This document shows, piece by piece, positions 43,519 through 54,681 of a stretch of DNA of 64,000 nucleotides; the first letter of the stretch is position 1; every line of letters begins with the position of its first letter. The stretch is from Trypanosoma brucei. Its lineage: Eukaryota. Below the pieces are notes generated by a model. That model had not been told where the DNA came from and ran no database searches. It worked only from the letters and a program-made list of their open reading frames with translations. The stretch lies in NCBI GenBank assembly GCA_000002445.1, contig CP000071.1, positions 1,312,001 through 1,376,000 on the forward strand. The letters are read 5' to 3'. The position numbers and the translations under genes are program-made.

Positions 43519-44523
43519 CTAAGCGGTCATTAGGCGTTCAATTGGGACACGACATATGGGGCACGCGTTATTACGCTGGATACGCAACATACTGGCGCAT
43601 TCGTAGCACAAGCACATGTGACGACATGGCAGAAGCATGGTGTCACGCTCGTTAGTCAGACACACCACACAAAGTTTATCGTCATCATCCTCCGCGTTCT
43701 CGTCGTCGCTGTTGGCGCCAAGGTCAAAGACATCATCAAGTTCGTACACCTCCACACCCAATTGAAGTAGCTGACGCACAACTTTAACTTGTGCCCCCAC
43801 TTCGCCTGATGGCCTGCGGCCCTCACCACCTGAGCGGGCGGCATTTGCCACGAGGTCTGCAGCGTTGTCCGGTATGTCGAGGAACGTGTATTGTATAACA
43901 CGTTGCGTCGTGTCACGGGCATCGTCAGCAAGTGGCGCTCTACGCCTCTCTCGTCCACAAACCGGTGGTTCATAGGTGAGTTCAATAACTATAGGCGCAT
44001 ATGTGACCTGTTTAATCCCCTCCGGGGTTGTTATGCTGACAGCCTTGTCAACCTTCTGTAGCTGCACTCCCTCACCAATGTATACCTCTCCCAAAATCTC
44101 CTCTGGGGTGGACGTTTCATGGACGCAAAACGGATTCTGGCTCTTCTCCGCCTGTTTCAGATGTATTCCCTCGTTCTCCCGGTATTCAATGTCAACACCT
44201 GCAAATACACGCAGCGTGTAGCCGGGCCCCACAACATTGTTCGTGGCAGATACCATAAAAGAAAGAGCAAAGTCTGTCCGATTGTTTCCTGACCTCACGT
44301 GCCTCAGTCTGAAAGGTTCCTTAGGTAAGACGGACACAGCCATATTAAATACTTCTGCACGTTCTATTTCTCCCTCTTCCTCCGGTTTCTCTATATCTAC
44401 ATCAAAAATAAGCGGTCCGGCTTCCGGGGGGCCACCGATGTAACGAATAGACGGCCCCCCCATCACGAGATAGTAGCTCCGTGGCCTTCCTTCATTCGCG
44501 GCCGTTGAAGATTTTTGCCCCAT
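43519..44523 (-). CDS. RING-type E3 ubiquitin ligase, MGRN1/LOG2-like, probably N-myristoylated
   Basis: C-terminal C3HC4 RING (CVVCLTNERDTMLLPCRHMCLCYECASMLRIQRNNACPICRVPI) preceded by an acidic stretch. The track ORF begins with GTG; the true ATG at 44521-44523 gives MGQKSST..., a consensus N-myristoylation motif (MGxxxS). Confidence 0.75.
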   Translation of the reverse strand: MGQKSSTAANEGRPRSYYLVMGGPSIRYIGGPPEAGPLIFDVDIEKPEEEGEIERAEVFNMAVSVLPKEPFRLRHVRSGNNRTDFALSFMVSATNNVVGPGYTLRVFAGVDIEYRENEGIHLKQAEKSQNPFCVHETSTPEEILGEVYIGEGVQLQKVDKAVSITTPEGIKQVTYAPIVIELTYEPPVCGRERRRAPLADDARDTTQRVIQYTFLDIPDNAADLVANAARSGGEGRRPSGEVGAQVKVVRQLLQLGVEVYELDDVFDLGANSDDENAEDDDDKLCVVCLTNERDTMLLPCRHMCLCYECASMLRIQRNNACPICRVPIERLMTA

Positions 44524-45390
44524 TCGCACAACAGGATGGTGTTAGCAAATGGATCGGCAAAGTACCCTTATGTATATGCGTTAACACGTGGCTGTATCTT
44601 CCCTTTACCTAAGCGTTTAAAGAACAAGTAACTTCTCCTTCAAGGTCACCCTCCGCGGTGGTAATACTCTCTCCTGCCCGCCGCAAAGTACAGGGTTGTC
44701 CGCGTGGAAAACCTCGATGGCTTTGAGAATCTTCTGCTTGAGCGGGTCCCAGAGCACAGGTGCTGAAGGCAAAAAGCAGCGGCAGTGGAAAGGAGCTTGG
44801 GAGTAAAGAAAGGAAAAGGAATAACAAGTAAGAAATCAAGTCCTCACGCGGAAACACAGTGGTGACATGACCAATACAGATAATTGTTCGAGGCCGGCAA
44901 CTCCTCGACACGACCCACCCGAGAAGTTGTCATAAGGCCCCACTTCACGAAAAGCAGTAGAGGGAGTACTCAAGTAATGCGTTCGGTCACGCGAACAGCT
45001 TCTAAACGTCCCCCGTCTCCTTTTTCTGAAAAAAAAAGAGAAGAGTAAGTAGAGATTATACATCTAAAAGAGTAAAATGGATGTGCCTCTCCCTGTTCTC
45101 TCACACTGCCCCCGCAGCACATTCATTCATCAACGAGTATATGTACATAAAGCAACTCTAACCGCCACGTAAATAACAAACGATTGGCACATTCACCCAC
45201 AAAGTAAACACGAGCGTGAGAGGCCTAGAAGCTGTGTAGGCAAAAAAACAAAACAGTGTGTAAAGTCGAACGAATGCATCAAGTAGCAGCGGAAGAGACA
45301 CTCGGGGAGAAGGGAAAAAAGAGTGACTAGGGCAATACCAAAAATATAATGCGCGTATTAATACAAAAGTTCCTGCGGTTAAAAATGTAA

Positions 45391-46842
45391 CTATCGCCGG
45401 GCCACCTTGACCTTCATCTTCTTCTGCAGTGCCTGGCAGTACTCTTCAGGCACACCGAGTTCCTCTAACTCCTTCAACTTACGCTGGCGAATGGCCTCAA
45501 TGGCTGCTTCCCTCTCCCTTATTTGCATCATAATGCTGTTGCCCTCGGCCACGTACTCCTGCCGCTCACGGCGGCGTCTCTCCTCAACATCCATAATCTG
45601 TTTGAGCACTGCCAGAGAATTCTCTTCGTGTTGCTTGCGGGCCCACATTTTTCGCTCTCGCTCCTGCTCCAACGCAACCTTTTGTACGGCGTTGATGCGT
45701 TCCACCTCCTCTTCTTCCAGCCGCCGCTCTTCGGCCTTCATGCGCTTGCGCTCCTCGATCTGCTTCTCGCGCATTTGCGCGAGGTCCTGCAGAACCGCAG
45801 CCTCACGCTCCTTACGCTCCTTCTCCTTTCGGCGCATATCTCGCGCGTACTCTTCTTGTGCACGCTGTGCTCGTATGTCATCCAGCAATGCCTGCGTGTT
45901 CTGTGCCCGTTGCTGTTCTGCTCGCAGTCTGGCCACCTCACGCTCCTTTTCGTCTCGTATGCGCTGTTGCTCCTCCGCATAGAGGCGATCACGCTCCTGT
46001 TTCCGTTTAATAAACTCTGCTATACGCCTATCCTCCTCCTCATCGAGTTCCTGCTGTCTCTTCTTTAAGCTGATTTGTTGCGCGTTGGCCAATGCAACGG
46101 CTTCCATAATACGCCTCTCTTTCTCCTGCTGTTGAAGTTTTTCAGCTTGAGCCTCTTCTCGTAAAAGCTCAAGGTGGCGTGTCATGGCCTCCCGTTCGTG
46201 CTGAAGCAATTCCAGCTTCCGCACGCGTTCTACATCGTGTTGCTCCAACTGAGCCTTAATAACCGCGAGAGTTTTCTTGCGGGCAACAACCTGCTGCTCC
46301 TCCCGTTCGTTATAGAGTTTTGCCGCCTTCTCTGCTTCAGCTGTCATCATCTCTTCCATCTTTCGTTCATACTCCATTTCCTCTTCCTTACGCAGCTCCC
46401 TCTCCCTTATTTGTGCGTTACGCACGGCAATGCACCGGGCCTCGTCAACGATTTGATTCATCGCTTTCACTTCGTCATATTGCTCGTCAAGCAGCGTCTT
46501 CGCCCGCTCCAAGTTGAGGCGTCGCTGCTGCTCTTCCTCAATCTGTTCCAACGGCTTGTCATTCCCACCGCAAAGGCGCTGCTCCTCATCATACTGCTGC
46601 ATGCGCCGCTTGTGCTCTTCAGCCTCAACACTGCGGGTGCGCACTGCACTTCGCGTGAGTGTCGTCATAATATTCTTTCCACTGATCATTTCACGTATGA
46701 TGTCCAGTTCCGTGCGGGTGAGAATGGTGGAATCACGGGGGGCATTCCGGTCGTTAAGCTCCTTACGGAGGTCACCGTCCGTTTGTCCAGGGCGCCTGGG
46801 GGGAAAAACACCCGCCCCACTACGCGCCATCATACCAATCAT
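45391..46842 (-). CDS. TPH-domain (trichohyalin/plectin-homology) coiled-coil protein, MNS1-like axonemal protein
   Basis: 483-aa ORF, almost entirely Glu/Arg/Lys/Gln-rich coiled coil. The segment EEEDRRIAEFIKRKQERDRLYAEEQQRIRDEKERE aligns with human MNS1 (EEENRKIIEFANMQQQREEDRMAKVQENEEKR). ATG verified. Confidence 0.65.
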   Translation of the reverse strand: MIGMMARSGAGVFPPRRPGQTDGDLRKELNDRNAPRDSTILTRTELDIIREMISGKNIMTTLTRSAVRTRSVEAEEHKRRMQQYDEEQRLCGGNDKPLEQIEEEQQRRLNLERAKTLLDEQYDEVKAMNQIVDEARCIAVRNAQIRERELRKEEEMEYERKMEEMMTAEAEKAAKLYNEREEQQVVARKKTLAVIKAQLEQHDVERVRKLELLQHEREAMTRHLELLREEAQAEKLQQQEKERRIMEAVALANAQQISLKKRQQELDEEEDRRIAEFIKRKQERDRLYAEEQQRIRDEKEREVARLRAEQQRAQNTQALLDDIRAQRAQEEYARDMRRKEKERKEREAAVLQDLAQMREKQIEERKRMKAEERRLEEEEVERINAVQKVALEQERERKMWARKQHEENSLAVLKQIMDVEERRRRERQEYVAEGNSIMMQIREREAAIEAIRQRKLKELEELGVPEEYCQALQKKMKVKVARR

Positions 46843-47361
46843 GGCGGTAAACGGCTACACGTTCAGTCCTACGTTCCCTTCTGTTCAACCGTTTGCAAGG
46901 GACTCGTCCTGTCCTCTTTCACTATGCGGTGTCAACTTTGATTTTCTTTTTTTTCTTTTTTTAACTTCTCTATTCTATCCTGATCTCCCTTCGCCCCGCG
47001 CAGTTGTCACTCTCTCGATCCAGCACTACCGTTAAAATTCAGGCAACCCCTCTAGTTTGTTAGACAGTAAAACCTTCCTTCCTACCTTCAATTCATCAAA
47101 AAGAACGTGGGGTCAACAGAAGGAAGGAAGCAGAACATGCGGCGATATGCAAGCGCAGGCAAAATCCCGCAAACAAAAAAAAACTAGCGGAATCGACAAT
47201 GAGAAACAGATAGCAAAAGAGGGTTGTACACGTGACTGAAGAACTAAACGTAAACATAGTGTGCGTGTGTGTTGCGGGGGGGGAGGGAAGAGAACTAACA
47301 ATATGAACCCTCCCAGCTTTGATAATGATGGCTCATGTACGTGCAGTTGCTCACATATGTG

Positions 47362-47967
47362 TCATGACCCCTTGTTCAAAGCTACAGGCTGCAGGTTCTT
47401 GGTTTGCTCCGCCCGCATCTCCTCCCCGATGGTTACAATTTCTTCCAATGTCGGTCGGTTCAGAAGTGACATCATCGCCGTGAGCAAGCTCTGCCGCCTT
47501 AGTTCGTCTGTCATCATTTCCATCAGAGTGGGATGTCCTTCGCCATCCGTTTCTTCGAAAGTGATATTTTGTGACGTTGGGAACGCGTAGGAAAATGTTC
47601 CACTTGCGGATCGCTGCGGGGAGGAACGGACCCCATTCTTTGGTTGCTCCACACCATCGCCCTCGGCGTTTTCCATCTTTAGCATGAGGGCGCTCACCGC
47701 CCTGTCAGTGTTGATAGTTGCTTCCAGCTCCCGTATGTACTCCACCAGTCGCCGTATGTAAGCTTCCTTTTGCCTACAGGAGGGACAGGATGGCCCCGGT
47801 ATAAGTCCAGCAAATTCAGCCACCTGCGCCGGGCATTCACGCAGCGATGCGACACGCACAACCGGAGCGAAATCCCGTGAGTCCACACCAACGTCGCGGA
47901 CCTTCACCTGCACGACTTCACCCAAATCACCCGTTTTTTCGATGACTTTGTACCTCACACGTTCCAT
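47362..47967 (-). CDS. hypothetical protein (201 aa)
   Basis: The track ORF begins with GTG at 48016-48018. The first ATG (MERVRYKVIEKTGDLGEVVQVKV...) at 47965-47967 was verified. Contains a CPSC pair; no family recognised. Confidence 0.45.
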   Translation of the reverse strand: MERVRYKVIEKTGDLGEVVQVKVRDVGVDSRDFAPVVRVASLRECPAQVAEFAGLIPGPSCPSCRQKEAYIRRLVEYIRELEATINTDRAVSALMLKMENAEGDGVEQPKNGVRSSPQRSASGTFSYAFPTSQNITFEETDGEGHPTLMEMMTDELRRQSLLTAMMSLLNRPTLEEIVTIGEEMRAEQTKNLQPVALNKGS

Positions 47968-48916
47968 CTGTCTTTCTTGTACTCTTCTCGTATTGCCCTT
48001 ATCTCCCGTTTTAAACACCTCACTGTGCTACGAAGGCTCCCGACCACTTTCCAAATTGATAAACAGGAGAGGTGGGAGGGGTAAAAATGTGAACTACCCT
48101 GTATCTTGAGCCATGCAAAAAAAAAAAAAAAGTTGGAAAAGCCTCAAGGAGCCATTCAGAATCGCGATGCCATCCACATGATGTAAATACGAGCGGAAAT
48201 AATCCTTCATAATTCGTTTGGTTGTATTTCCCTTCTCATTTCGTCCTCAATGGAAAGGAAAAAGAAACGTGATACAATGATGAGAGTTGTACGGTGACCG
48301 GGTAAGGTTAATGAAAGGGAGATAACATGTTACGCATCGTGGTGCACACGCATGAAGAGTTTTGACCTCAACTCCAACAACATATTCCATCCTTCTCTTC
48401 CTGTTACCTCCCCACACACACAAATTAAGGAACCGCGCATCCAGCAACCTAGAGGCAACCAAGCAACAGATATAAGTAGAATAACAACAACAACAACAAC
48501 GAAAAAGAAAAAAAGCGAACTGATGACGCACAGTGGAACCTAATGATATAACCTTGAAAGCATAATTAACACTTCCTAACCCATTCGCACTTCCCTACTC
48601 ATCTCCTTTTTTTCCTCTTGGAGGAGTTTGATGCGGTAATTTTCCATACGCGCTTGAGACACAACTTCAAATACACACACACACACATATGCACCAGCGC
48701 TTCGCTTTGTCTATCCTCTCCCACCCACTTCGGAAATAACGTCGCCTCTTATTCGCGATGTGAAAATAGTAAAAGGTGAATTATGAAAAAAGAATGAAAA
48801 AAATGCGGCAGGCGATGATGACAGAAGCAGCGAAACCCAACCTGCACTCAATCTTCCATAAAGATACCCATCACAAGGTCTAGACTAGAGAGAGTGCATA
48901 CTGGAGGGTAACAAAA

Positions 48917-49954
48917 CTAATCGTTGCCTTTGGAGAGGCCCCGTAAACTAACCATAGCTAGAATCTTGACACGACAAAAAGGACACGTGAGGCCCTTATC
49001 ACCTGTGGGACGGAGTTTGGTGCAGCACATCTCACAACAACAAGTATGGTAACACGGCAGAAATGTCACTGTCGAATATGCGTCGAGGCATAAATGACAA
49101 AGAAGGTCGCTATTGCTCGTTACACTCGCCGCTGCAGAGCGAGCCCCGGCTTCCTCAGTCGCACCATCCTTCTTTTGAGCGACCGATGCTGGCAATTGCG
49201 GCAAATCGGAAGACAACTCCGGCGAGCATTCCTCACTTGCGTTAACCTCCCTCCCCTCACCCGTATTATCGGATGTATTAGAAACAACTCTCTCCTCATC
49301 AATCTGAGCATCATTCCCCCCATCGGTATTAGCTGCATCGCCATGATCCCCATTGGAGCCAGTCTCAGCCAGAAGTGGAGTGTGTTCGTTGGTCACATTA
49401 GCCTCGGGGGTTTCCTCACCTCGGCACTGCCATACCAACAGAACTACGTACATTATCGTCGAACTTACGATGAGCAAACCACCTGTACCTAGAAGAGGTA
49501 AAATCACAATGAGCAAATTCCACTCTGACATATCCTGCATATCACAAGATTGTATCACCCGCCCATCTTTGCACGTTTCGTACGCCGGTTGGCATTCGTT
49601 TGAGCTTGTACAGAAGTAACACCAGTTCCTATCCTCACAGCTGTCACAATCGGCTGCTGCAGCTTGGCACCTTGCGCCACACGTCACACTGGAGTTCCTT
49701 AACGTGGCCGCTTCACTGCATGACAGCGCATTGTATTGCTCCGACGGGTCAAAGCACTGACTTCCTACAGGTCGTTCACAGCACCACGCGCACTCCGGCA
49801 TCTTTAAACACTCCGAAGCGATGTAGATTGGGTTTGTGTCACATCTACTTCCGTATGCCGCTAATGGTTGAATCAACAAAATCAGAACCCAGGAGGGCAG
49901 TAACCACACCGCTGACCGGTTCACATAAAACTTTGTTGAACCTCCTGTACACAT
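48917..49954 (-). CDS. type-I membrane RING E3 ligase with signal peptide and extracellular PSI-like Cys-rich domain(s)
   Basis: The track ORF begins with GTG; the ATG at 49952-49954 gives MCTGGSTKFYVNRSAVWLLPSWVLILLIQPLAAYGS, a signal peptide. Cys-rich modules follow with the PSI-like C..WC signature (ECAWCCERPVGSQC, CDSCEDRNWCYFC). Next is one TM helix (LLIVILPLLGTGGLLIVSSTIMYVVLLV), an acidic linker and a C-terminal C3HC4 RING (CHLCLDAYSTVTFLPCYHTCCCEMCCTKLRPTGDKGLTCPFCRV). Confidence 0.7.
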   Translation of the reverse strand: MCTGGSTKFYVNRSAVWLLPSWVLILLIQPLAAYGSRCDTNPIYIASECLKMPECAWCCERPVGSQCFDPSEQYNALSCSEAATLRNSSVTCGARCQAAAADCDSCEDRNWCYFCTSSNECQPAYETCKDGRVIQSCDMQDMSEWNLLIVILPLLGTGGLLIVSSTIMYVVLLVWQCRGEETPEANVTNEHTPLLAETGSNGDHGDAANTDGGNDAQIDEERVVSNTSDNTGEGREVNASEECSPELSSDLPQLPASVAQKKDGATEEAGARSAAASVTSNSDLLCHLCLDAYSTVTFLPCYHTCCCEMCCTKLRPTGDKGLTCPFCRVKILAMVSLRGLSKGND

Positions 49955-50783
49955 CCACCTACCCCCGGTGCAACAAACTACTACTTTATCGTGGTTTGTA
50001 TCCACAAAACTCTACAGCTGGACAAAAAAATGGCACGAATAGAGGGAGACGACAAGGAGTACAGTGCAAAGAGTGGGGAACCAAAGGGAATATTCGAAAG
50101 AGACAAGCAACAAAAAGCGGATAAAATATAATATGATATGATATGACATGGCAGAGGAAGGAGAAAAAAAAAAAAGAAAAAGCAGGGAAAAGGGAAGAGA
50201 GGTATCGGACAATGAAAGGGTGGACACACTGTAAGCCCCTGCGAGCACAACCATTGCATTTAATCCTTTGTCATTCACAAGTGCTCTAAGGGGCTCAAAA
50301 CACACACCTCTACCCCACCTCAAACAGTAGAGACTCAAATGAGAAAACGACAAGGAATGTAGTCGGCGCCGCAACAAAAGGTGGAGACCAAACGTCTCCC
50401 GTCAACCGGTGAGCCCCAAAAAGAAAGTGGGAGGGATGACGCCGGACAAGCGGACGATGCAAAAGAAAAAGATGAAAGCTAAAAGACAAGAGGGAACCAC
50501 ACATATACATCACACGTGACTTCATGGACGGTCGTATCCCACATTAATAACTCATGTGGAAGGCGAACCATGCGGGAATGTATGCGTGACCTCTCAATCG
50601 TACACTTTCCTCCCCTCCCCCCGCCCCAAGTACACACACACACACACGGATATAGCACATACGTACACAATTGCGTCTTTCCTCCCTTTAAAAAGAAAAA
50701 AACAAAAATACCGCTGAACCATCCGTTCCGTAATTCACTACCGTAACATATTACCTCTCACTAGTACGAACGAAGATCACATT

Positions 50784-51440
50784 TTAACAGCAACCACCAC
50801 GCTTCGAGCCCTTTTGCCCTTCGTTTCCGGCTAACCTGACACCATTACCAGCTCCCCCTGCACCACCACTTGGGGACAGACCCTTTCCTGTACGTTCCTT
50901 CATATCCTCGAATATCTCCTGTGCTATTTTCTGAAACGCAGACTGTACATTCTCCTTCTCCTTTGCGCTCGTGTCAATGTACGACATTCCATGTTGTTTT
51001 GCCCATGCCATCGCTTCTTCCTTCGATACCTGCCGCGAAGTGCGGGCCTCGTCACTTTTGCATCCAACCAATAAGCACGGGATACCGGGAAGAGACTGCT
51101 GTCGCACGCGTTCCATCCAGTGCTCCAAGTGTAGAAATGAGGGTCGATGTGTAAGGTCAAAACAAAGCATTACGCCGTTGGCGCCGCGGTAAAAGGCAGT
51201 TGCCACTGACTGAAACCGCTCTTGCCCGGCTGTGTCCCATATTTGCAAGCGGACACGCTTATCCATGTACGTCATTTGGTGCATTCGAAAATCAATAGCG
51301 ATGGTGGATGCGTAATCCTTGTAAAAAACATCCTCAGAGAGCCGCACCGTAAGGGAAGACTTCCCAACGCCACTGTCGCCAATGACAATAATCTTGAATA
51401 TGTAGTCGCAGTCCCCACCAGGGGAAGCTGCTGTGATCAT
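50784..51440 (-). CDS. Rab-family small GTPase (C-terminal CC prenylation motif)
   Basis: P-loop GDSGVGKS, switch II WDTAGQERF, NKxD-type box (GCKSD), SAK, and a C-terminal GGCC. ATG verified. From remembered synteny this is probably one of the trypanosomatid-specific RABX1/RABX2 pair; treat that as low confidence. Confidence 0.85.
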   Translation of the reverse strand: MITAASPGGDCDYIFKIIVIGDSGVGKSSLTVRLSEDVFYKDYASTIAIDFRMHQMTYMDKRVRLQIWDTAGQERFQSVATAFYRGANGVMLCFDLTHRPSFLHLEHWMERVRQQSLPGIPCLLVGCKSDEARTSRQVSKEEAMAWAKQHGMSYIDTSAKEKENVQSAFQKIAQEIFEDMKERTGKGLSPSGGAGGAGNGVRLAGNEGQKGSKRGGCC

Positions 51441-52584
51441 ATGCGAAGTGGACTCTTCAAACGGGCATATTGAACAAAAAAACGTGACGAGAAAAGTGAA
51501 GAAAACAAAGAGGAAGTTGGCCGTCTATATATTGCAAAGAAAAAAATCTACGCAAAGCGCAGTAGCCGCCGATTGAGGCCGGGTGCGGGGTAACGTGCCC
51601 ATCAGGAAGTTAACGTTATTTGGCCGCGCCTGCTCATCCGCCTCTTCTTCTTACCGTCACTTCCCCACACGCCTACAATCCCACGAATTAAAAAAACCTT
51701 TCAACACGTCAATATCACCAGCAGGAACACCACCACGATGAGGCACGCAACACCGAAGGAAAACAGATTTGGTCAACAATACACACAAATTGGGGGAAAT
51801 AGAAATAACAGGAAATAACTACACTCAACACACAAGCCATGGGGCCTAATTGATGGAAACGACGCTTACAACAGAATGAATTTAATGGCATGTAACAGGG
51901 GGAGGAACTTCGTCATATTAAGTGAAAGTGGGAAGCAGCACACACACACACGCGTAAATACACAAATAGATGTAACAATATACAAAGGTATACATATAGG
52001 TATATATGTGCAGATGTGTAGACTGTGGGGAGTGCAGGCGCAGATATTGTAAAGGGGGAGACCCAAGATAGAAAAGAAAGGGACGGCCGTATATGCGACG
52101 GAGCATCTGAGCCGGTGGAGCCGAGTGGCCAAAGATAGAACCACGGTGTTCAGTGGTGTACGAAACCTTCTTCCAAATGAAAAATAAAACAATAGAATTG
52201 ATAAGAGAGAGGTATAACAAAATGCGAGAAGAAGGCAAGAATAAAATGAGTCGAATAAAAAAGGGGGGAAGATACGATGGCCCTCGGCGTAACACTTCCC
52301 TTTCAGTACTGGAGAGAGCGAACGGAGTGCTACACACTGTCTATGCTGGCTTGGATACCGTACTAAATCACAAATGGCAAGCATCCATACACGTGTCAAG
52401 GCAAAAGAAAATACCTATCTGCTTCACTTCATAGATTCTTTTTCACTATTGCTGCCTTCCGTTCCCTGTCCTTTCACTAATTTCTCGTCTAGCCTTCATG
52501 TGTAGTTCCTCCAAAGCTCCTCCCTCAGTGAACGAGGGCTTACCCGTTCATTGAATGGCAAATGCTATTGCCACCATAAGAGGT

Positions 52585-53244
52585 TCAGCACCTCCACTTC
52601 CTCTTTTTAGTATGTGTACTTGTGTTTAATCGTACGATGTTCCCTATCGCCTTGTCCCCATGACCCTCGACAGTTGGAGTTGTGTTATTCACTATATAAG
52701 TCCCCAGGTGTTGGAAAGCTTCGGAGACATTTGTGTTATTTCTCGAGCTCGTCTCGAAGTAGCACAAGCAACCGTGTCGCTTTGCCCATGCGTCTGCCTC
52801 GCTTTTCTCCACTTGCCTGCAAATCCCTAAGCTTGTCCCTTCTTTATGAAGTTCACTGCACTCCACCAGGTCTAACTTGCAACCCACGAGGATGAGGGGC
52901 GGAAGTACCGGGCAGTGGGACCTCAGGCGCTCAAACCACGCGTCGATCCCTTCAAAGGAGCTCCGATTGGTGAGATCAAAGCAAATCAGTGCGCCATGAC
53001 AGTTGCGGTAGTAAGCCGTCGTGAGTGAAACAAAACGATCCTGCCCGGAGGTATCCCAAATCTGAAGCAATATGGTGCGCGCGTGCTTTTCTAAAGTTGT
53101 GGTATGGCAATACTTGAAGTCCACGCCAATCGTTGGAACAATGTCATCGTAATAAATGCTGTCACAGAACCGCGATGAGATGTTGCTCTTCCCTACACCC
53201 ACATCACCAATTACTATAATCTTGTAAGCGGGTTCCTCTTTCAT
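52585..53244 (-). CDS. Rab-like small GTPase, paralogue of the adjacent Rab, atypical C-terminus
   Basis: The track ORF begins with GTG; the ATG at 53242-53244 gives MKEEPAYKIIVIGDVGVGKS. Switch II WDTSGQDRF, GCKLD and SSR. The C-terminus is polybasic and ends with a single Cys (KKRKWRC), not CC/CXC. Confidence 0.8.
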   Translation of the reverse strand: MKEEPAYKIIVIGDVGVGKSNISSRFCDSIYYDDIVPTIGVDFKYCHTTTLEKHARTILLQIWDTSGQDRFVSLTTAYYRNCHGALICFDLTNRSSFEGIDAWFERLRSHCPVLPPLILVGCKLDLVECSELHKEGTSLGICRQVEKSEADAWAKRHGCLCYFETSSRNNTNVSEAFQHLGTYIVNNTTPTVEGHGDKAIGNIVRLNTSTHTKKRKWRC

Positions 53245-53643
53245 GTAAGGAAACTTCACCTAACCCTATATTTCCCTTCCCCTTTCTTTTCCTCTTCACC
53301 TGGGATGTCGCTAGTTCTTTTAATTCAGCACTTCTGACGTTCCTTTACACGGTGGTTCTCGTACGATCCTATGCCCCTGCAGTGCCGCTGAGTACATTAG
53401 CAAATTCAACAACGGAGGAAATCATGGCATCAGAAAGTGGGGACCAAACGAAGGCAAAACGAAGGTCAGGAATGAAAAATGAAGAAAATAAATGGGAGAG
53501 GCAGTAACACCTTACGCAAGGGAATAGTGTATTTTAAGTAGGTAGGGTCGGCAATGGAAGGGAGGAGTAACTACCGCCCATTGAAGGGAGAGTTAAAAAC
53601 AAAATAAAAACAGTAACACCCAAAGACTTCACGACACATTGGA

Positions 53644-54072
53644 TTAGCGATACCATGTTGGGTGCTCCTCCTCCAGTTGTTCTCGTAGGCACTGAACACG
53701 CGGAGCCTTGAACGGCGGTTCCAGAACTACCACCCGAACCACGTAATAACCAGCAGCCGCAAGAAGGGAACCACATGTAAGTACCATTAGTACGACACGG
53801 ACAGGAAACAAATAATCCACAACAACCGCCTCATCAGGATTTGTAGGAAACGGCCGCTCCCTGTTGTAAGACGTCTGTGGCAGCGGCGCAGGTACGGGGT
53901 CGTGCGGCGACGATATAATGCAGCCATATGCAATAAAAGGCATGGCGGCACACGCGAGGCCGATAGGCAGCACCAGCCGGGGGCATACGTACGACCCAAA
54001 TAACGTCCCAACTATACCAAGAATGATGAAAAATAGGATGGCAAACGTACCATCACCGAGACCGAGAATCAT
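53644..54072 (-). CDS. hypothetical small membrane protein (142 aa)
   Basis: ATG verified. At least three hydrophobic helices. No homology recognised, so this could be a spurious ORF. Confidence 0.35.
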   Translation of the reverse strand: MILGLGDGTFAILFFIILGIVGTLFGSYVCPRLVLPIGLACAAMPFIAYGCIISSPHDPVPAPLPQTSYNRERPFPTNPDEAVVVDYLFPVRVVLMVLTCGSLLAAAGYYVVRVVVLEPPFKAPRVQCLREQLEEEHPTWYR

Positions 54073-54681
54073 ATTGCGTGTGAATGAGCACTGTCGCCGT
54101 AGGTTTCAAGGGAAGTATATGACAATGGAGACCCAGCTGTGTGAACACAAGCCATGTAAGTACACCTTTGATGGATTGACTAGTTCAAGGTGGTGGATGA
54201 AACTGAAGAGAAATAAAATTCAAGAATATATGCATATATGTAATAACGAGAGGAATGTGGCTTGACCACACGAATGTGAAACACGACCACTAAAAGTCAT
54301 GTGAGTCGGTGGGAAGTCATCAGAGAAAAGACGATTGGGGCAAGTGCACCCCACAGCATACAAAAAACTCACGATTAAGTGATGAATACATCTCACGACA
54401 ACGACACTTACAGAAGTTCATCTCGTGCTCTCTCCCCCTTTTATGCACTTCCTTCGTGTGTTTTCGCCTCTACGTGCAAGAATACACAGTACATATACGC
54501 ATATATATATAAATATATCATTTTTCTTCTATTTACTGGAAACAAAAAAAAGAGGCTTCTTCAAAATTGACATGCACCCACCACAAATGTTGAAATGTGG
54601 AAGTTAGACAAAAAGAAATGCCACAGATTCCCTGTGTCCAACGGCGCGCACGCCACCCCTCCCCCTCATTCTTCTAGTTGA

